A DNA stretch of 62,572 nucleotides, filler included, from a bacterium (GTDB taxonomy: Bacteria; JBDRGX01): the NCBI GenBank assembly GCA_043817485.1. It is 11 parts of 11 records of this genome, joined end to end, with 100 filler letters (N's around TTAATTAATTAA, not from the genome) between each part and the next. Parts side by side here need not be neighbours in the genome. Positions count along the whole stretch, not along the records: positions 9,398 to 11,542 come from JBDRGX010000010.1; positions 11,643 to 20,521 come from JBDRGX010000011.1; positions 20,622 to 24,708 come from JBDRGX010000012.1; 8 more parts are not named here. One strand, given 5' to 3'. Below the pieces are notes generated by a model. It had not been told where the DNA came from and made no database searches. It was given only the letters and a program-made list of their open reading frames with translations. A program made the translations under genes and the position numbers. Below are positions 11,139-21,720 of this stretch, in pieces (the stretch's first letter is position 1; every line of letters begins with the position of its first letter).

Positions 11139-11400
11139 TCAAGATACAAAGATGATACTATGTTGTATTTCAATTGGCTTTATAGGCCTTCCGTTTTTCT
11201 TGTTGATTTTAGGAATTTCTCCTAACGTAAGATATTCATTCCAAACTTGATTAATTCTTCGAACAGAAATACTAGTTATTTTACGAATTCGATAAGTAGT
11301 CCAACCATCATTTTTTCGACGAAGAATCTTCAAAAGATTCTTTCTGCTGAGTTTCATAACACCAAAAAACTCACCGAAGGAAAATAGTTTTCGGATAACA
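11139..11400 (-). mobile_element. IS481-like remnant: left end plus truncated transposase N-terminus (ATG at 11357)
   Basis: Minus-strand end starts TGTTATCCGAAAACTATTTTCC (5'-TGT is typical of IS481); MKLSRK..ISVRRINQVW..GRP HTH region; no catalytic core. Confidence 0.6.
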
Positions 11401-11644
11401 TATATTCCTAAAAGAAACAAAATCACTAAACCAGTCTTTTTTTTTGAAAAAAATGTATTTAACAACGTCTTTATAACCCCTCTTTTTTTCAGATATCTAA
11501 AGAAGTTTTTAAATTATTTGTTTTTCAATAATTTTTTTTAGANNNNNNNNNNNNNNNNNNNNNNNNNNNNNNNNNNNNNNNNNNNNTTAATTAATTAANN
11601 NNNNNNNNNNNNNNNNNNNNNNNNNNNNNNNNNNNNNNNNNNTT

Positions 11645-11783
11645 ATTCATTGATTTGCATCTCCTTTTTTTTTATTTTTTTTTATTTATAGTATAAAAAA
11701 GGGGGGAGAAGCAAATAAAATCTTAATAATTGCTAATAATAAGCATTTTAAAGCGTATTGTCAAAATACTTTTGACAATACGA
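11645..11783. repeat. 139-bp segment identical to 32923-33061
   Basis: Base-by-base identity at constant offset 21278; ends just after the perfect palindrome 11754-11782. Confidence 0.97.
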
Positions 11784-14700
11784 CTTGTGGCATCAGGAAA
11801 TAATATGATAAATTATTCAATATCGACAAAAAAGATGCCGGATTTTTTAAAAAATAATTCAGATTTATTTGGAAAGAAAGTAGGAGATGAACCAAATATT
11901 ATACTTTTTTCAAATTCTCCATATAACAAAATTGGATTTTGGAAAGATGGAGAAGGAGCAAAAAATGTAAGCGTAGAGGCTACTTTTGAATCGTGTGGAT
12001 ATGCTGATATTAAAAATTTGAAAATTAATGTTAGCGGAGGAAATAAAAACCAGGATAATTTTTTTTATTGGAATATTCCAATTGAAGTTACGGAAGGTAA
12101 TGATACTTCTGAGAAAACTTTTATAGTTTATTTTAATAAAAAAGAAAAAAATGTTCCACAATGGAGTGAAAATGAGCCAAGAAATACGAAGTTGATAATA
12201 TCTTTAAATGAAATATTAAAAAATACAACAGGATATGAAAATTATGAAAGTTATCATAATATCAAAGATTGGAACATACTTTCGCAGGATACAGATATAA
12301 AATATGCAGATGTGGATTATATAAAAGTAGAAAAACTGGAAGCGGAAAAAAATATTAAGAATAATAAGCGTATAATGGAAGTAGATTTAGAATATAAAAA
12401 TACTTGTCAAATAGAAATGAAGGAAGAATTAGGACAGGTAAAATTTGTAGAAGTAGAAAAAGTAAGAACAGGTTTTCCATGGTATTCAAATTTAGAAGTA
12501 GATCAATTAAAAGAAAATCAGCAATTTGTAGGATTTGAATTTGGAGATAAAGATGGAAATCTAATTATAGAAAATTTACCTTCAGGAATGATTTCTGTGG
12601 TTAAAGAAAATAACAAAGAAATAGAAATTAAGGAACAAAATGGAGGAAGAATAGTTGCAAAATTAAAAATACTTACTCCTAATGAAACTGGAAGTGGTTT
12701 TTATCAATTACAAGTGATAAATTGTTTTCTAATAGAAAATTGGACAACAGATGATGATTTGTTGTTGAAAGAAACAAATGGAAAATTGGTTAAAAAGAAA
12801 GAAGTGTTTAATAATAATAAAAATTTTGAGAATGGAGAAGTAGAATTTAAAATAGAATCAGAACCTATTTATCTTAATAAAGGTTATCCTTGTCCTAATA
12901 GGTTTTTTATTTCCGAAAAAGCATTGTTTTGGTGGTTATTTTCAGTAAGGGGATATAATGTCAATTGGTATTCTGTTGATAATCCTTATACTTGTCTTGA
13001 AAAATGGGAAATAGAATATAAATATCTAAGTGTTTTGGGTGGGAAATGGGAAGAAGTGAAAAATGAAGATTTTGAGATAATAAAAGAATATCATAATGTT
13101 AATAATACTATGGAAGATTATTTCAAATTAAAATTAAAGCCAGAAACAAAATCAAAAGTATTTATTGAAATTAAAGGTACAATTATTTCTGCTATTGCTC
13201 AAGATTCTGCTTTTTGTTATAGTCTGTTTTATAAAAAAGAAAAAGAAGAGAATATACACCCTATTATTTTTTCTTATCAGTCAGTGAAAAATGAAACAAT
13301 TGCTTATTGGGATGTAACAGGATTAAATGGAAATTATGAAGTAATTTTAATTAAGCGAGATAGTACAGGAGTAGATAAAATTTGTAACAGAATAAAAATA
13401 GGGAGAGAGATAGATACAGATACTTTAGATTGGAACAAATTGATAGTTACTTCTCCTTATAATCGAACTAATTTAAAATTTTCTGTGGGATTGTTGAAGG
13501 AAAAAAAAATAGTAACAATTACACCAATTAATTTAAAAGAAGTAGGATTATTTTCTGAAACAGAGGTTTGTGGACCAATTTATGAATTTCAGCCTAAAGA
13601 AACAAAATTTGAAGGGCAAAGACCGGAGTTAAGTGTTCGGTTTTTTGAAGAAGAACTTTCTTGTATTTTAAAGGTAAGTAAGGAGCAAATTGAAAATTAT
13701 GTAGGTAAAATAAATATTTGGCATATTGGAGAGGAAGGAAATTTAGAAGCACTTCATACAACATCATTTAAAACATTTTTAGGCTCGAAAAAACTTTATA
13801 CTTTTAGATCTTCTGTAAGTAGTTTTTCACCATTTTTTATTCTTAAGCCATTAGCAATTCCTCTAATAAGTATCTATCCACGATTGACTAATCAATGTAT
13901 TATTAAAATAAGTGGAGAAACAGAGGCAAATACTTATGTGGAAATACTTGTTAATGGAGTTTCTTATGGATTTGTTTGGGCAGAGAAGGGAGAGAATGAA
14001 AAATGGAAATTTGAAAAGGTAATTGAAATAGTAGAAGGAATAAATGTTATAAAAGCGCGAACAAGAAAAGTAGTAGATAAAAAGAATTTTTATTGGAGTG
14101 ATTTTTCTGTTCCAGTAGAAGTAATTTTAGATAGAACAATTCCACAAATTACAAATCACAAAGCTAATCCCAATATTATCACTCCAAATAATGACGGAAA
14201 AGATGATGTTACAAAAATACAATATATCATCAGCGAAGATTGTAATGTAGAGGTAAATATTGTAGATAAGGATAATGTTTATATCGCAGAATGTCTTGAT
14301 AGTGGCGAGAAAAAAGCAGGAGTGAATACAACAGAATGGGATGGATATGCTTATGATGATTGTACAGGACGAAGAATTGAAATAGTAGATCCGGGAATAT
14401 ATAGGTATGTAATAGAGGTTATAGATATGGCAGGTAATTTTAATCAAGTATCTGGAGAGATAAAAGTAACTGATTATGATGCACCAATAACAACATTTAG
14501 TTTTCTCAATTCTGTATTAAATATAGATGGGAAAATTTTTATCAATAATAAAAATGGTTTTAGATTATTAGCAATTGATGGGTATCCTGGGGTTAAGGAA
14601 ACAAAATATCAAATTGGAAATCAATCAGAATTAAATTATACTGGAGCTGGAAATGGAACCTATTTTAATTTAGCAGATGGAGAATATAAGATAGGATATT

Positions 14701-17048
14701 ACAGTATAGATAAATCTGAAAATATAGAACCCAAAAAATACCAAAGGTTTAATATAGATACTACAGCGCCTGAATTATGGTTAGAAACTACCAATGGCGT
14801 TGTAGTAGTTGCTGATGCTGAAGACAATTTTGTTTGTCGCAGTGAAACGAAATTTGTTGTAAAAGCTAAAGATGATGGGTCTGGTGTGAGTAGCATAGAA
14901 ACATGGGATGGCAGTAAATGGAATAAATATAATAACGAGCAATTGCAATTTACAGGCAATGTATCATTTAATTACAAAGCAATAGATAAATTAGGAAATA
15001 TAGCACAGAAACGAACTACAATTATAATAGATGATGCAAAGCCAATTATTCAAATATACTATTTAGAAGAAGGCGGGAAATATGCCGTAGGAAAATATTT
15101 CCAAGTAAATATAAGCGATGCGCATTTGTTGAATAAACAAGCGAAATTAAATGACAAAGAAATAGCACTAGAAAAAACCATTACTATCACCGAGTCAGGA
15201 CAATATACATTGTATTGTTATGGAAAAGATACAGCAGGGAATATATCAGAAAAAATAGTCCATTTTGCTGTTAGTATAGCAGATGCTATATCTCCAGAAA
15301 TATGGTTAGAAGCAGATGGCGTTGTAGTTCTTGAGGATAATTTTGTTTGTCGCAGTGAAACGAAATTTGTTGTAAAAGCTAAAGATGATGGCTCTGGTTT
15401 AGCAAGTATACAGACATATGATGGGACTAATTGGAAAGCATATAATAACGAGCAATTGCAATTTACAGGCAATGTATCATTTAATTACAAAGCAATAGAT
15501 AAGGCTGGAAATATAGCACAGAAAAAAACCACCATAATCACAGATGATATAGCACCAGCAATAAAAATAGGTGGTATCGAGAATAATGGAGCATATGAAA
15601 TAGAAAGGAATTTTTGGTGCAATATAGGCGATGAAAATGGGATCAAAGAATATAGTGTTAAACTTGATGGTGTTTCACAACCAATAGATACCAGTATTAC
15701 AGTCAAAGATCCAGGAGAACATAAAATAGAAATAGTAGTTATAGACAAAGCAGGAAATATAGCAGAAAAGAAAATTAGTTTTTGGATAATAGCTCAAAAT
15801 ACTTTAGAAATAATAACTCCTGAAACTGGCTCAATAGTAAATGGAATAATTAAAATCAGAGGAACAAGCACGACTCCGTATACTCTTGAATATGGCCAAG
15901 GTGAAAATCCGAATGATTGGAAATTGATAACACGAAATGAGCAAAAAGTATTACGAAATCTTTTAGGGAAAATAGATACAAATGGATTATCTGGAATATA
16001 TACAATCAAATTAAGCAATAGAGAAAAAAGTGAATATAGGCAAATAGTAATTGGAAATTTAGAAATAGAACAAGAAAAACAAGGAGATTATACTGAAGTA
16101 ATCGATATATCCAGTGATAATGGCAATGTATATTTATTAGATACGCAAGGGATAAAAAAACATAATGGTAAATTGGAAATAGACAAAGAAATTAAAAAAG
16201 AAAATATTAGAAAAATAAAAATAGATAAAGAAGAAATATTCCTTATAAAAGATCTTGCAATAGAAGTGCTTGATAAAGAAGGAAATTATCTTAGAAAATA
16301 TAATTGTATTGGAGCAAAAGAAATAGGAATATTGGATAACAAATTGATAGTCTTAAAGGAAAATGAAATTGTTATTGTAAATGAAATTGGAGAACAGAAA
16401 GTTATACAAGGGATTAAAGGAAAAGATATATATTGTTATAAAGAAAAATTATATGTAGGCACAGAAAAAGGAATTTTAATATATGATAAAGAATTCAATT
16501 TGTTAAAAGAAATAAATATAGAGAATATAGAAAAGATACGAGTTGATGAACAGGGCAGAATATATGTAGTTAAGACAAATGAGGTATATTGCTATAATGA
16601 ATTTGGAGATATGGAAATGACGATAGAATCAGGAGAAGAGATAAAAGGAATGGATTTACAAAAAGAGAAAATGTATATAGTAGATAAAAATAAAATAAAA
16701 GTTTATAAAATAGAGGGAGCAAAAGTAATTAAATTATCTCCAAAAACCAAAACAGAAAATCGAATAGAAAAAGTTGTAAAGCCAATATTAAATTACCCAA
16801 ATCCATTTAATCCAGAATGTTATATTCCTTTAGAAAATTCAGAATTTAAAATTCAAAATTTAAAATTAAGAATTTACAATATACTTGGACAAGTAATCAG
16901 AGAAATAATTGCCAATAATGCAAATAATTCAGTATATTGGGATGGAAGAGATAATTTAGGCAAAGAACTTAGCTCAGGAATGTATTTTTATGAAATAATT
17001 GTTGACAACAAAGCACAGAGTTGTAAAAAAATGCTGATGTTGAAGTAG
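11730..17048 (+). CDS. Giant multidomain surface/secreted protein (Ig-like repeats, internal FlgD-like domain, propeller-like region, C-terminal NYPNPFNP sorting module); true N-terminus probably missing
   Basis: TPNNDG..WDG FlgD-like domain, repeated D-x-x-A-P...D-K-A-G-N Ig motifs, C-terminal module 16791-17048; no RBS or signal peptide at the called start. Confidence 0.8.
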   Translation: MLIISILKRIVKILLTIRLVASGNNMINYSISTKKMPDFLKNNSDLFGKKVGDEPNIILFSNSPYNKIGFWKDGEGAKNVSVEATFESCGYADIKNLKINVSGGNKNQDNFFYWNIPIEVTEGNDTSEKTFIVYFNKKEKNVPQWSENEPRNTKLIISLNEILKNTTGYENYESYHNIKDWNILSQDTDIKYADVDYIKVEKLEAEKNIKNNKRIMEVDLEYKNTCQIEMKEELGQVKFVEVEKVRTGFPWYSNLEVDQLKENQQFVGFEFGDKDGNLIIENLPSGMISVVKENNKEIEIKEQNGGRIVAKLKILTPNETGSGFYQLQVINCFLIENWTTDDDLLLKETNGKLVKKKEVFNNNKNFENGEVEFKIESEPIYLNKGYPCPNRFFISEKALFWWLFSVRGYNVNWYSVDNPYTCLEKWEIEYKYLSVLGGKWEEVKNEDFEIIKEYHNVNNTMEDYFKLKLKPETKSKVFIEIKGTIISAIAQDSAFCYSLFYKKEKEENIHPIIFSYQSVKNETIAYWDVTGLNGNYEVILIKRDSTGVDKICNRIKIGREIDTDTLDWNKLIVTSPYNRTNLKFSVGLLKEKKIVTITPINLKEVGLFSETEVCGPIYEFQPKETKFEGQRPELSVRFFEEELSCILKVSKEQIENYVGKINIWHIGEEGNLEALHTTSFKTFLGSKKLYTFRSSVSSFSPFFILKPLAIPLISIYPRLTNQCIIKISGETEANTYVEILVNGVSYGFVWAEKGENEKWKFEKVIEIVEGINVIKARTRKVVDKKNFYWSDFSVPVEVILDRTIPQITNHKANPNIITPNNDGKDDVTKIQYIISEDCNVEVNIVDKDNVYIAECLDSGEKKAGVNTTEWDGYAYDDCTGRRIEIVDPGIYRYVIEVIDMAGNFNQVSGEIKVTDYDAPITTFSFLNSVLNIDGKIFINNKNGFRLLAIDGYPGVKETKYQIGNQSELNYTGAGNGTYFNLADGEYKIGYYSIDKSENIEPKKYQRFNIDTTAPELWLETTNGVVVVADAEDNFVCRSETKFVVKAKDDGSGVSSIETWDGSKWNKYNNEQLQFTGNVSFNYKAIDKLGNIAQKRTTIIIDDAKPIIQIYYLEEGGKYAVGKYFQVNISDAHLLNKQAKLNDKEIALEKTITITESGQYTLYCYGKDTAGNISEKIVHFAVSIADAISPEIWLEADGVVVLEDNFVCRSETKFVVKAKDDGSGLASIQTYDGTNWKAYNNEQLQFTGNVSFNYKAIDKAGNIAQKKTTIITDDIAPAIKIGGIENNGAYEIERNFWCNIGDENGIKEYSVKLDGVSQPIDTSITVKDPGEHKIEIVVIDKAGNIAEKKISFWIIAQNTLEIITPETGSIVNGIIKIRGTSTTPYTLEYGQGENPNDWKLITRNEQKVLRNLLGKIDTNGLSGIYTIKLSNREKSEYRQIVIGNLEIEQEKQGDYTEVIDISSDNGNVYLLDTQGIKKHNGKLEIDKEIKKENIRKIKIDKEEIFLIKDLAIEVLDKEGNYLRKYNCIGAKEIGILDNKLIVLKENEIVIVNEIGEQKVIQGIKGKDIYCYKEKLYVGTEKGILIYDKEFNLLKEINIENIEKIRVDEQGRIYVVKTNEVYCYNEFGDMEMTIESGEEIKGMDLQKEKMYIVDKNKIKVYKIEGAKVIKLSPKTKTENRIEKVVKPILNYPNPFNPECYIPLENSEFKIQNLKLRIYNILGQVIREIIANNANNSVYWDGRDNLGKELSSGMYFYEIIVDNKAQSCKKMLMLK
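11736..11764 (-). promoter_or_regulatory. Leftward sigma70-type promoter overlapping the palindrome
   Basis: Minus strand TTGACA-17 bp-TATTAT, pointing at AGGAG..ATG (ATG at 11650) of a gene lost at the contig edge. Confidence 0.6.
14826..15502 (+). repeat. Duplicated Ig-like unit (offset 513) containing two perfectly identical blocks
   Basis: 14826-14878 = 15339-15391 (53 bp); 14927-14989 = 15440-15502 (63 bp). Confidence 0.92.
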
Positions 17049-17092
17049 AAAAGAAGAAGGCTGAAGGTAGATAGGCGAAAGGCTGTTAGGGA

Positions 17093-17376
17093 AAAGATAT
17101 AAAAAAAATAGAGCAAATAGGAATTGAAGCATGGAAGAAAAAAAGTAGATTTAGTAAACGCTCATTGGTGGAAACAACAATGTACAGGTATGAGAAAACA
17201 TTTGGAGATAAACCTTTAGCGTATAAATTAGACAATCAAAAAATAGAGATTAAAATAAAGTGCATGTTGTTAAATGAATTTTTTAAAATAGGCAGACCAG
17301 ATTCTTATATGGTTGCAGTATAATTATTAGAAATTAAAGGAAAATATTGTTTAAAATTTATTTATGCAACAAAGCC
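17093..17376 (+). mobile_element. IS5-family (IS903-like) remnant: transposase C-terminus plus right inverted repeat
   Basis: Frame 17093-17323 reads WKKK...RSLVETTMYRYEKTFG...Q..E...LN...GRPDSY; atttatgcaacaaagcc resembles the IS903 terminal repeat. Confidence 0.8.
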
Positions 17377-17444
17377 AATGTGAATTATGAAAGAAAGAAA
17401 AGAAGGCACAAAGGAAAAAAGAAGTAAGGAAGGGAAATAATTCG

Positions 17445-17483
17445 CCTCTGATAGAAGGGTGTCTGCGTTAGCAGACGGGGTGT
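17445..17483. repeat. REP-like GC-rich hairpin
   Basis: gtctgc-gtta-gcagac stem flanked by ggg(t)gt. Confidence 0.55.
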
Positions 17484-17564
17484 TTTTTTTATATTTTTTT
17501 GATACTCTTTTTTTAATTTTTCAATACAAATTGTAATCATTACATGAAAATGCTATAATTAAAT

Positions 17565-18485
17565 TTGGAGGTTTTTTTGAAGTATATTATTTTTTTAATT
17601 CCTTTTTTTCTTTCATGTGTAACAATTTCTACAAAGAATTTAGAACAAAAAATAAAACCATTAGGATTAGTATTTATTCAAGAAATAGGCAAAGATATAC
17701 TTTATGAACCTCAAGGAATAAGTTTAGATTTGCAAAATATAATTTATGTTACAGATAAAAAAAATCGAATAGTAAAATTTTCAGAAGAAGGGGATTTTTT
17801 AGAAGAATTTGGACAAATGGATCTTTATTCTCCTATGGATTTAATTATTGAAATAAATTTTTATATCTATGTAGTTGATAAAGGAAATAATCGAATAGTA
17901 AAGTATGATACAAGAGGAAATTTCATTGCTGAAATTAAAGAAATATCTTTTAATAAAGAAATAATTAAATTTAAAGAAATAGAATATATTTGTATAAATC
18001 ACTTTAATGAAATATTTATTACAGATATTTCTAATCATAAAATATTTAAAATAAATACTTTTGGGGAAGGAAAAATACAGTTTGGAAATTTTGGTTGGAC
18101 ACAAGAAAAATTTAGATTTCCTCAAGGAATTGTAATTGATAATCAAGAAAATATTTATATAGTAGATAAAGGTAATTCTCAAATAAAAAAATTTGATATG
18201 TATGGAAATTTTATTTTATGTTGGGGAAATTTTGGAAAAAAAGAAAAAGAATTTAATGACCCTACAAGTTTATCTATAGATAAATATGAAAATATTTATG
18301 TACTTGATTCTGGAAATAGTAGATTACAAGTATTTGACAAAGAAGGTAATTTTATTAATGTATTTGCTCAAGAAGAATTAGGTCAAAGTTTAAAACTGCC
18401 CAAAGATATATTTATTTCAAATAATTTTCTTTATATATCTGATACTTTAAATAATAGAATTTTAAAATATAAAATATTATACTAA
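17565..18485 (+). CDS. NHL-repeat (6-bladed propeller) protein, probable lipoprotein
   Basis: Repeated PQGI..D..NIYV.D.GN.RI; FLSC lipobox-like sequence. Confidence 0.85.
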   Translation: MEVFLKYIIFLIPFFLSCVTISTKNLEQKIKPLGLVFIQEIGKDILYEPQGISLDLQNIIYVTDKKNRIVKFSEEGDFLEEFGQMDLYSPMDLIIEINFYIYVVDKGNNRIVKYDTRGNFIAEIKEISFNKEIIKFKEIEYICINHFNEIFITDISNHKIFKINTFGEGKIQFGNFGWTQEKFRFPQGIVIDNQENIYIVDKGNSQIKKFDMYGNFILCWGNFGKKEKEFNDPTSLSIDKYENIYVLDSGNSRLQVFDKEGNFINVFAQEELGQSLKLPKDIFISNNFLYISDTLNNRILKYKILY

Positions 18486-19567
18486 AATTTATTTGTTTTG
18501 ATTTGTCGAGAAAAATTAAGTAATATCCCTACACCAATTAAATTCATCAATAAAGAACTACATCCATAACTTACAAAAGGCAAAGGAATTCCTTTTGTGG
18601 GAAAAATACCTAAAGATGTACAAATATTAATGATTACTTGTAAAGCAATCATTCCTGTAAATCCAATTGAAAAAAAGATAGCAAATAAATCAGAAGATTT
18701 TATAGCAATTTTAATTCCTCTATAAATAAAAAGAATAAATAAACTAATAATTAATATAGTTCCTATAAAACCTAATTCTTCCCCGATAATAGAAAAAATA
18801 AAATCTGTATGAGCAGCAGGTAAAAAAAACAATTTTTGGCTACTATTTCCTATTCCTTTTCCTATTAAACCTCCAGAACCAAAAGCATAAAAAGATTGAA
18901 TTAGTTGATAACCAGATTTTAAAGGATCTTTCCATGGATTTAAAAAAGAAATTATTCTTTCACATCGATAACTAACTTTATAAACAGCCATAAATAAAAA
19001 AGGAGCTGATATTAAAGCAACAGAAAGAAGATATTTTATTTTAATTTTGGCAACAAAAAATATGGAAAAAATACTTAAACCTACAACAAGAGTTGTTCCA
19101 AAATCAGATCCTAATAATATAAGCCCACATATTGTTCCTAAAATAATTAAATAAGGAATAAATTCTTTAAAGCCATTTTTTTCTATATTTTTTTTATTAG
19201 CTAATGATTGAGAAATAAATAAAATTAAAGAAAGTTTAGCTAATTCAGAAGGTTGAAATATGAAAAAACCTAATTTAATCCAACGACCTTTTATTCCTAT
19301 TCCTGGGATAAATGCTATTATCAAAAAAACAAAAGAGATAAAAAGTATTATTGGACTGATATTTTTTAAAAAAGAAAGATCTTTTTTAGCAATTATCCAT
19401 AAAAGAATAATTCCTAATATAGCTACTAATAATTGTTTTTTTAAAAAGAAAATAGATGATTGAAAATTTTTTTGTGCCATTACAGAACTTGCACTAAAAA
19501 TAAAAATAATACCAATACTTACTAAAACAATAGTTATAATCAATAACAAAGAATCTATTTTTTTCAA
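18482..19567 (-). CDS. ftsW: Peptidoglycan glycosyltransferase FtsW
   Basis: FQPSELAK, GYQLIQS, LPAAHTDFIF..IGEELG, PTKGIPLPF; downstream of murD. Confidence 0.95.
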   Translation of the reverse strand: MKKIDSLLLIITIVLVSIGIIFIFSASSVMAQKNFQSSIFFLKKQLLVAILGIILLWIIAKKDLSFLKNISPIILFISFVFLIIAFIPGIGIKGRWIKLGFFIFQPSELAKLSLILFISQSLANKKNIEKNGFKEFIPYLIILGTICGLILLGSDFGTTLVVGLSIFSIFFVAKIKIKYLLSVALISAPFLFMAVYKVSYRCERIISFLNPWKDPLKSGYQLIQSFYAFGSGGLIGKGIGNSSQKLFFLPAAHTDFIFSIIGEELGFIGTILIISLFILFIYRGIKIAIKSSDLFAIFFSIGFTGMIALQVIINICTSLGIFPTKGIPLPFVSYGCSSLLMNLIGVGILLNFSRQIKTNKF

Positions 19568-19693
19568 TTTAATTCCTTTAAAATAAAGTCGAAAATTAAA
19601 AATATTATTTATAATTTTTTTAATTTTTTTTTTGTTTTTTTGTGCCTTCGTGGTTAATTTTTTTTTACCAAAACACTAAGAAAATACTATATT

Positions 19694-20521
19694 TTATTTT
19701 AAGTTTGTAACTAATTTTTTAAATACATTTCCTCTTTCTTCAAAATTTTGAAACATATCAAAACTACTACATCCAGGAGAGAGTAATACACAATCATTAG
19801 GTTTAGCATTTAACCATGCAATTTTAACAGCTTCTTTTAAAGATATTGCTTCTTTACAAGAAACAAAATTTTCTATCATTTTTTTTATTTGGTTTTTAGA
19901 TTTGCCAATTAAAATGCACTTTTTGACTTTTTTCATTTCTGGTTTCAATAAAGAAAAATTTCCACCTTTATTTATTCCACCCATAATTAAAATAATTGGC
20001 TGATTAAAACTTCTAATTGCTTTTTTAACAGCATCTACAGTAGTTGCTTTGGAATCATTAATAAAAAAAATATTTTTATAACATGAAACTAATTCTAATC
20101 TATGAGGCAATCCTTTAAATTCATTTAAAACTTCTTTTATATATTTATTTTTTACATTTAATAATTTAGACATAATACAAACAGAAAGTATATTTTCTAA
20201 ATTATGTTTTCCAATAAGTTTAATATTTTTTATTTCACATATTTTTTCTTTTTTATCATTTATTTCTACATATAAATTATCTTTTTCTAAATAAGCATTT
20301 GTTTTTTCATTTTTTTTATTACCAAAATAATATATTTTTGAATTTGTTTTTTGGATGAATTTTTTTGAATAAGTGTCATTAATATTTAAAATTAAACTTT
20401 GATTAATAGTTTGATTTTTAAATATTTTAGATTTTGAATCAATGTATTCTTTCATATTTTTGTGTCTATCTAAATGATTGCGATTGATATTAAGAATACA
20501 AGCAATATTTGGTTTAAAAGA
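19694..20521 (-). CDS. murD: UDP-MurNAc-L-Ala:D-Glu ligase, 5' truncated
   Basis: NHLDRH, GKHNLEN, HRLE, NDSKAT, LLSPGCSSFDMF.NFEERG. Confidence 0.93.
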   Translation of the reverse strand, partial: SFKPNIACILNINRNHLDRHKNMKEYIDSKSKIFKNQTINQSLILNINDTYSKKFIQKTNSKIYYFGNKKNEKTNAYLEKDNLYVEINDKKEKICEIKNIKLIGKHNLENILSVCIMSKLLNVKNKYIKEVLNEFKGLPHRLELVSCYKNIFFINDSKATTVDAVKKAIRSFNQPIILIMGGINKGGNFSLLKPEMKKVKKCILIGKSKNQIKKMIENFVSCKEAISLKEAVKIAWLNAKPNDCVLLSPGCSSFDMFQNFEERGNVFKKLVTNLK

Positions 20522-20621
20522 NNNNNNNNNNNNNNNNNNNNNNNNNNNNNNNNNNNNNNNNNNNNTTAATTAATTAANNNNNNNNNNNNNNNNNNNNNNN
20601 NNNNNNNNNNNNNNNNNNNNN

Positions 20622-21584
20622 CAAAAAGAATTAGAAAAAATATTAAAATTAAATAATAATATAGAAATAATTGTTCTTAAAGGCATTCCTTTAACAGAAT
20701 TTATATATGGAAATATTGGACTTAGATGTATTGGAGATATTGATTTATTAGTTCAAGAAAAAGATTTAGAAAAAATAAAAAAAAATCTTTTAGATTTTGG
20801 ATTTAAAATAAGTGGTTATTCCACAGAAAATTTTTATCGCTCTTATCATAAACATTTTCATTTTACAAAAGAATTAGAAAATGGACAAAAAATTCTTTTA
20901 GAAATTCATTGGAACATTGTAAAAAAAAACGAACCTTTTAAAATAGATTTAGAAGAAATATGGAAAAATAAAATTTCTTTAAAAAATAATTCTGTTTCTA
21001 TTTCTGTTTTTTCATTGGAAGATGCTATTCTTTATGCTGATTTACATCTTTATCAACATAATTATTCTTACATTTGTTTTTTGTGTGATTTATCTGAAAT
21101 ATTAAATTTTGGAAAAGATAAAATAAATTGGGAAAAAGTTTTGTTATTAGCAAAAAAATCAAAATTAAAAACTATTACTTATTTTGGGTTTTTAACTGCA
21201 AAAAAATATTTTGATGCACCTATATCTTTTGAAACTTTACAAAAATTTTCTCCATTTTATTATAAAAAAATTTTCATTAAGTCCTTTATTTGTTCGCAAA
21301 TTTCTCAATCACCTTTTTTTCATAAAAATTTTCTAAAAAATGCTATAATTCAATTTATTATTATTCGTTTTATAATGATAGATAATTTAAAACAATTTTT
21401 CAAATATTTTTCAAAAAAAGTTTTTCCTTCTTGCGAAGAATTAAAATTTAGATATAATATTTCATCTCCAAAACTTTATATATTTTTTTATATTATCCAT
21501 CCTTTTTTACTTATTTTAAAATTAAAAAAATATAAATATGTAGAAAAACAAACAAACAAAAACAATACTCCTTTTTACAAATAA
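20622..21584 (+). CDS. Uncharacterised nucleotidyltransferase family protein, 5' truncated
   Basis: Frame open from the contig start: VLKG..L...IY....R...DIDLLV, LEIHW; in frame with track ORF 21015. Confidence 0.8.
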   Translation, partial: QKELEKILKLNNNIEIIVLKGIPLTEFIYGNIGLRCIGDIDLLVQEKDLEKIKKNLLDFGFKISGYSTENFYRSYHKHFHFTKELENGQKILLEIHWNIVKKNEPFKIDLEEIWKNKISLKNNSVSISVFSLEDAILYADLHLYQHNYSYICFLCDLSEILNFGKDKINWEKVLLLAKKSKLKTITYFGFLTAKKYFDAPISFETLQKFSPFYYKKIFIKSFICSQISQSPFFHKNFLKNAIIQFIIIRFIMIDNLKQFFKYFSKKVFPSCEELKFRYNISSPKLYIFFYIIHPFLLILKLKKYKYVEKQTNKNNTPFYK

Positions 21585-21720
21585 CAAAATTACATGTTTT
21601 TAGTTAAAACTTGACAAATTGAGAATTTAATGATTGACATTGTTTGTTTTATTTATTGTAATCTGCAGATTTTCAATTCTAAGTATTTATAAAATATGTT
21701 AAAAAAAGGAGAATATAATT

